This document shows, one piece after another, positions 17,804 through 21,921 of a DNA stretch of 21,921 bases. A program made the position numbers and the translations under genes. This DNA comes from Oligoflexus sp. (lineage in GTDB: Bacteria; Bdellovibrionota_B; Oligoflexia; Oligoflexales; Oligoflexaceae): positions 1-21,921 of the forward strand of contig JBGSTX010000262.1 of NCBI GenBank assembly GCA_041736305.1, read 5' to 3'. Position 1 is the first letter of the stretch, and each line of letters begins with the position of its first letter. The notes under the pieces are model-generated. The model saw only the letters and a program-made list of their open reading frames with translations, was not told where the DNA came from and made no database searches.

Positions 17804-19215
17804 GTCGGCGCGAGGATCAAGTTCTAGCGCCCGCTCTGATCATCACTGACTTGTTGATGGTCGGGGCGGCATGGCTTCTTGCTTTTCGACTGCGTTTTTA
17901 TACAAATTTAGAGGTGCCTCTCGGCATCCCGCCGATCGGTCTCTATCTGAAGCTACTTCCCTTCATCGTCGGCATTTGGCTCCTTACTGCGACGGCCAGC
18001 GGCTTGCTTCGTCGTACAGGTAAGCACAAGTCAGCTCTTGCTGAAATTTTAGATGTTCTGCCAAGTTCTGTCATCGCCCTCTTTGGACTGATCGCATTCT
18101 CATATTTTTACGAGGAGTATCGCTACTCGCGCATTACCTTACTATTCTTTGCCTCGCTGCAGCCAGTCTGCGTCTTGCTAGGACGCGCTACAGTAAGAAG
18201 TTTTTTCCGCTATTATCGCCGGCGGCTGGAACCCAGACGTATACTTCTCATCGCCCGTGGACCCGGCATTGATCAAGCTATGCAGGTGAGCAGAAAATTA
18301 GGGCCCGAAAATAGTCTGGTGGCAGGCGTCCTCTTGCCGGGAGACGAAGATAGGCACGCCGATATCCAATTCTGCAGGCGTCACAGCCTCAGCATAATCG
18401 AAGAGCCGAGTGATTGGGCAGAGTTCTTTGCTGAAAATCGAATTCATTCTGTGGTTATCGCCTTACCGCATCATCAATATGGTTTCGTCGAAAAGCAACT
18501 CGAAAGCCTAGCTGATCAAGTGGCCGATATTCAGATTCTTCCGGATGTTTGGCGCTTCACCCGTTTGACTCCTGGAATTGAGCTAATCGAAGGAATTCCA
18601 ACCATAAGCCTCCACGAAAGCCCTCTTTCCGGCTTTAATGTTGTAGCTAAGCGAGCCGTCGATCTACTAGGGGCAGCTTCTGCACTGCTCATCCTGGGTC
18701 CGCTCATGGCGATTCTTGCTGTTTTCGTCAAGCTCTCATCTCCTGGCCCGATATTCTATCGCCAGGAGAGAATGGGCCTGGATGGAGGAAGGTTTCAGTG
18801 TCTAAAATTTCGCTCGATGCCGCTCGACGCCGAGCGGGAAACAGGGGCAGTCTGGGCCAAACCCGGCGACCAGAGAGCGACACCCTTCGGCAAATTCCTC
18901 AGACGGACGAGCCTCGATGAGCTGCCACAGCTGATCAACGTATTTCTTGGTGACATGAGTTTGGTCGGACCGCGCCCGGAGCGGCCCGTTTTCGTCGATA
19001 AATTTCGGAAGGAAGTACCTGGCTATATGCTTAGGCATAAGGTGAAGACTGGTATCACGGGCTGGGCGCAAGTCAACGGCTGGCGCGGCAGCACGAGTAT
19101 CGAAAAGCGCATTGAATGCGATCTCTATTATATTCAAAACTGGTCTATCTGGCTCGACATCAAAATTCTTCTGATGACTCTCGACGAGGTCCTCAGAGGG
19201 CGCAATGCCTACTGA
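17800..19215 (+). CDS. Undecaprenyl-phosphate glucose phosphotransferase (WcaJ/WbaP-type priming glycosyltransferase)
   Basis: N-terminal TM helices, central Rossmann-like region and catalytic domain (KRAVD, KFRSM, SLDELPQLINV, MSLVGPRPERP, GITGWAQVNG, DLYYI). ATGA overlap with the GT4 stop. Confidence 0.96.
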   Translation: MSRREDQVLAPALIITDLLMVGAAWLLAFRLRFYTNLEVPLGIPPIGLYLKLLPFIVGIWLLTATASGLLRRTGKHKSALAEILDVLPSSVIALFGLIAFSYFYEEYRYSRITLLFFASLQPVCVLLGRATVRSFFRYYRRRLEPRRILLIARGPGIDQAMQVSRKLGPENSLVAGVLLPGDEDRHADIQFCRRHSLSIIEEPSDWAEFFAENRIHSVVIALPHHQYGFVEKQLESLADQVADIQILPDVWRFTRLTPGIELIEGIPTISLHESPLSGFNVVAKRAVDLLGAASALLILGPLMAILAVFVKLSSPGPIFYRQERMGLDGGRFQCLKFRSMPLDAERETGAVWAKPGDQRATPFGKFLRRTSLDELPQLINVFLGDMSLVGPRPERPVFVDKFRKEVPGYMLRHKVKTGITGWAQVNGWRGSTSIEKRIECDLYYIQNWSIWLDIKILLMTLDEVLRGRNAY

Positions 19216-19219
19216 TAAT

Positions 19220-19882
19220 TTACTCTTCCTCGCTTAGCTCAGACTCTTCGCCCGTCGCTGCAGGAGCTGCTTCTGGTGGTAAGGCAGGTGCCTTACCCAA
19301 AAAGTTGCTGGCGCGTTCGAAGTAAGCTTTGAAATCAATTTCGCGCGTGGGTTTTTCAGGAATGGTCGGATACATTACGCTCAGTTTATTATCATCGTGA
19401 TCCATCTCCATGCCGTGACCAATCTCATGGCAGAAAAGATGAAAGAGATGTTTGGCCTCGTTCGATGATTGATCCGTAGACTTGGGTGCTTTGCTCAAAA
19501 AGTTACCCTCATCGAAGATGATTCTCATCCCATAATCAACATGATAGGTCACAGTTTCGCCGGGTAGGTTAGAGGCTTTTGAGGGTCTCGTTGCCTGAAT
19601 CGACTGCCCGGTGCCTAACTTATGGCCATCCATACGAAGGTCATCCTGGAAGCTGATGACTGAATTACTCTCTGTCTCTGAATCGACCAAGTTGAGGGCT
19701 TTCCCCGCCATACCCTGATTGTAGTGCTTGGTTAGCCTTTCAATCGTCTCCTTCAGAGCAGGGTCATCGGTGGCCACGAAAATGCGGAAATTCCTTGATT
19801 CAACAGTCTTTTCCTGACGGCAGGCAAAAGAACCAAGGGAAAAAAGCAGAATAATCAAGACAGGATGGGTGCGGAGCAGCAT
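19220..19882 (-). CDS. Metzincin (matrixin/M10-like) zinc metalloprotease, predicted lipoprotein
   Basis: Start at ATG 19882 (GAGGA SD at 19890-19894) gives signal MLLRTHPVLIILLFSLGSFA-C (lipobox-like). Zinc motif HEIGHGMEMDH and Met-turn SVMYP. Confidence 0.85.
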   Translation of the reverse strand: MLLRTHPVLIILLFSLGSFACRQEKTVESRNFRIFVATDDPALKETIERLTKHYNQGMAGKALNLVDSETESNSVISFQDDLRMDGHKLGTGQSIQATRPSKASNLPGETVTYHVDYGMRIIFDEGNFLSKAPKSTDQSSNEAKHLFHLFCHEIGHGMEMDHDDNKLSVMYPTIPEKPTREIDFKAYFERASNFLGKAPALPPEAAPAATGEESELSEEE

Positions 19883-19949
19883 AGCAACTTCCTCAACAGC
19901 AGGTCCAACAAGAGCGAGAACAGGAGCACAAGTAACCCAATTCTTACTT

Positions 19950-19966
19950 AGCAACTAGAATGCCAA
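19950..19966 (-). promoter_or_regulatory. Sigma54 (-24/-12) promoter for the metzincin gene
   Basis: Minus strand reads TTGGCATTCTAGTTGCT: exact GG-N10-GC spacing, close to consensus TGGCAC-N5-TTGCW, about 70 nt upstream of ATG 19882. Confidence 0.75.
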
Positions 19967-20283
19967 GATCCGCCAAGAGTCGAAAAAGCCAACTCTCTTT
20001 TCCGTGAATTTGATTTCATCTGTAAATATAGATATATGTGACGGTTTTCCAAATTTGTCCAAGTTAGGGGGAACTACCGTTTCTGAGGCAGCTCGGCAAT
20101 TACTTACCACTTAGCCGTTTTGGGTGATTTTTTATTCCCTGAATAATTCAAAAATTCCAGATTGTTACCTTGATGGCAGGAAGATCTGACTAGGAAAAAT
20201 ATTCCGGTGCTTAAAAATTGCCGGGGAGACGCCGATCTATTTCTTACAAAGAGATTTAACTCATCAGAAGTAAGGAAGTGGAT

Positions 20284-21000
20284 ATGAAAGGCAACCCAGG
20301 CGATACGTACACGATCACGCTTGACGACGATACGATGGTGCACCAAATTATTGAGCGCTCCACCAAAATCAAGACTATCGGGATCAAGGATCCTGAAGAG
20401 TTACTGACTCGTTTGGCTGAGTTGCATCCTATTGCTATCTTCATAGACATCCATTTAGGGACTGGTAGGACGGGGCTGGAGATACTTCCTCATTTGCGTT
20501 CTAACTGGCCCTTCTGCCCAATTTTGGTGATAACGGGAACCCCAGCTGAACAAAGTATTGTCAAAGCGTTGAACTCTGGGGCCGATGATTTCATCAGAAA
20601 GCCGCTCATTCCAGACGAAGTCGATGCTCGCTTTAAGCTGCGGATGGCTGATGCAGCCCAGAAGGCGGCTAAGGAAGTTGTCGAATTCGGCGACATCACT
20701 ATCGACTCTGCGCACCGTACGGTCGAAGGTCCTCACGGCAAGCGTTTTGCTTCCCCCATCGAAATCAACCTCCTCGCCTGTCTCGCCAATACTGAAGGTG
20801 CCATAGTCGAGAAAGATGCTTTGAAAATGCGCTGCTGGGGTCAAATCAAGGTCACCGATAACGCTTTGCATAGAAAATTGCATGCGGTACGTCAGCTCTT
20901 GAAAGATGTTTCGTCTAGCGTCCATATCGAAACCAAATATGGGGTTGGCTTCTATCTGAAGTTTGAAGAGCAGCGTCAGCAGCTCCATGTTGCTTCGTAA
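20284..21000 (+). CDS. OmpR/PhoB-family response regulator (REC and winged helix)
   Basis: Acidic pocket LDDD, phosphoacceptor in IFIDIHL, ITG, GADDFIRKP and C-terminal IETKYGVGFYL. ATG 20284 has AAGGA at good spacing; alternative start GTG 20278. Confidence 0.92.
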   Translation: MKGNPGDTYTITLDDDTMVHQIIERSTKIKTIGIKDPEELLTRLAELHPIAIFIDIHLGTGRTGLEILPHLRSNWPFCPILVITGTPAEQSIVKALNSGADDFIRKPLIPDEVDARFKLRMADAAQKAAKEVVEFGDITIDSAHRTVEGPHGKRFASPIEINLLACLANTEGAIVEKDALKMRCWGQIKVTDNALHRKLHAVRQLLKDVSSSVHIETKYGVGFYLKFEEQRQQLHVAS

Positions 21001-21033
21001 GCTTAGGCCTGCGCATAGCAAAGGAGTTTCTGA

Positions 21034-21414
21034 ATGGCTTTAGCCTCCAAACTGGACGCGTCTTATCCGCTTATCGACGGCCAGAAGCTGCAGTTGATAC
21101 GTGATTTGGGCGAGCCCGATGATGCCGACGGCTTTTTTCGAGATTTACTCGGCATTTTCTTTGAGAGGGTGCCTCACCTCCTCAGTGAGCTAGAAATGGC
21201 TGTAGATGCTGCCGATTGCGTACAAACTGAACAGAGCGCCCACGCTCTCAAAGGGACTGCTGGACACCTCGGTGCCATATGGTTGATGCAGCTAGCCGCC
21301 TGGCTCGAGGAGCAAGGTAGGGCCAAAAACCTTGCCGATGCTCGAGCTCACGTCGACGAAATGAAGCTGGTTTACCCTCTGACTAAGAACGAATTGGAAT
21401 CTCACTGGCTCTAG
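21034..21414 (+). CDS. Stand-alone histidine phosphotransfer (Hpt) protein
   Basis: 126-aa helical protein with the Hpt signature AHALKGTAGHLGA; AAGGAG SD. Confidence 0.93.
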   Translation: MALASKLDASYPLIDGQKLQLIRDLGEPDDADGFFRDLLGIFFERVPHLLSELEMAVDAADCVQTEQSAHALKGTAGHLGAIWLMQLAAWLEEQGRAKNLADARAHVDEMKLVYPLTKNELESHWL

Positions 21415-21528
21415 CACTTCGTAGGTTCATTCTTCTCGTTTTTTTCAAGCTCCTGTTCAGGTAGAATCGCCTGAATAGGGGCTTTTCTATTGCAAAACTT
21501 GCCGGATACCAATGCCCAAGGACTTTTT

Positions 21529-21921
21529 ATGGATGTGAGTCTCATACGACGCCCCTCTGGGAAGCGACTCCCTTTATTGATCAGCGCTCCTCATGTAGGG
21601 GTAATTATCCCCCATGAACTGACGGATCAATTTGCGCCTGCTCCTCTGCAGGAACTTCGCGATACCGACTGGCTCGTCGACGAACTCTATAGCTTCGCAC
21701 CGGAACTCGGGATTACGCTGATAGCCGCACGATTTAGCCGCTATCTTGTCGATTTGAATCGGCCTTTCAGTGGCCCTGCTCTCTATCAGGATGGCCGGAG
21801 GCAGACCTCTGCAATTCCGCTCACCGACTTCGATGGAACAGCCCTCTATCGACCGGGAAGAGAGCCAGATGCCAGGGAGTGCCAGCGACGCATTGAAAGC
21901 TACTACGAGCCCTACCATCGG
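21529..21921 (+). CDS. hutG: N-formylglutamate amidohydrolase (HutG/FGase family), 5' part running off the window edge
   Basis: Not in the ORF track. Manual translation gives MDVSLIRRPSGKRLPLLISAPHVG...DTDWLVDELYSF...SRYLVDLNRP...YYEPYH, all FGase motifs; AAGGA SD at 21518-21522. Confidence 0.9.
   Translation, partial: MDVSLIRRPSGKRLPLLISAPHVGVIIPHELTDQFAPAPLQELRDTDWLVDELYSFAPELGITLIAARFSRYLVDLNRPFSGPALYQDGRRQTSAIPLTDFDGTALYRPGREPDARECQRRIESYYEPYHR

Noticed and set aside
20455..21021. 188-aa minus-strand ORF
   Set aside because: Antisense to the response regulator, with no motifs.
21478..21494. GGGGCTTTTCTATTGCA, GG-N10-GC spacing upstream of hutG
   Set aside because: The -12 element is good but the -24 element lacks TGGCA; too weak to call without a matrix score.
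21574..21918. 114-aa minus-strand ORF in the track
   Set aside because: The plus strand encodes a clear FGase/HutG frame from 21529.
1..21921. CRISPR arrays, tRNA/rRNA genes, transposases, integrases and defence systems
   Set aside because: No repeat-spacer periodicity, cloverleaf or rRNA-like sequence, or such protein motifs were seen; the window is almost fully occupied by assignable genes.

Overview
A mostly core-genome bacterial window at about 50% GC. Gene content and protein style suggest Oligoflexia/Bdellovibrionota or a related deltaproteobacterium-like lineage (inference, not verified). Left to right it holds: an Rrf2-sufB-sufC Fe-S assembly operon (minus strand, sufC cut by the window edge); an AT-rich divergent promoter region; a small coiled-coil hypothetical gene and a FadF/HdrD-like membrane Fe-S oxidoreductase; a secreted two-subunit M16 peptidase pair; rpmF-fabD (minus); an uncharacterised bitopic membrane protein (two GYF_2-like domains, TM helix, Pro-rich linker, OB-fold-like C-terminus); yceD/DUF177; rpsB (with a t44/S2-type leader RNA)-tsf-pyrH-frr; a sigma54 activator lacking a sensory domain, divergent from a GT4 glycosyltransferase and a WcaJ-type priming transferase; a metzincin lipoprotein with a clear sigma54 promoter; an OmpR-type regulator plus stand-alone Hpt protein with no kinase; and the 5' part of an N-formylglutamate amidohydrolase gene. 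I saw no CRISPR array, tRNA, rRNA, transposase or integrase. The best novelty candidates are the tandem-GYF/OB-fold envelope protein, the local sigma54 module, the rpsB leader with a co-varied pseudoknot, and the broken yceD-rpmF synteny. All domain calls are by eye; no searches were run.
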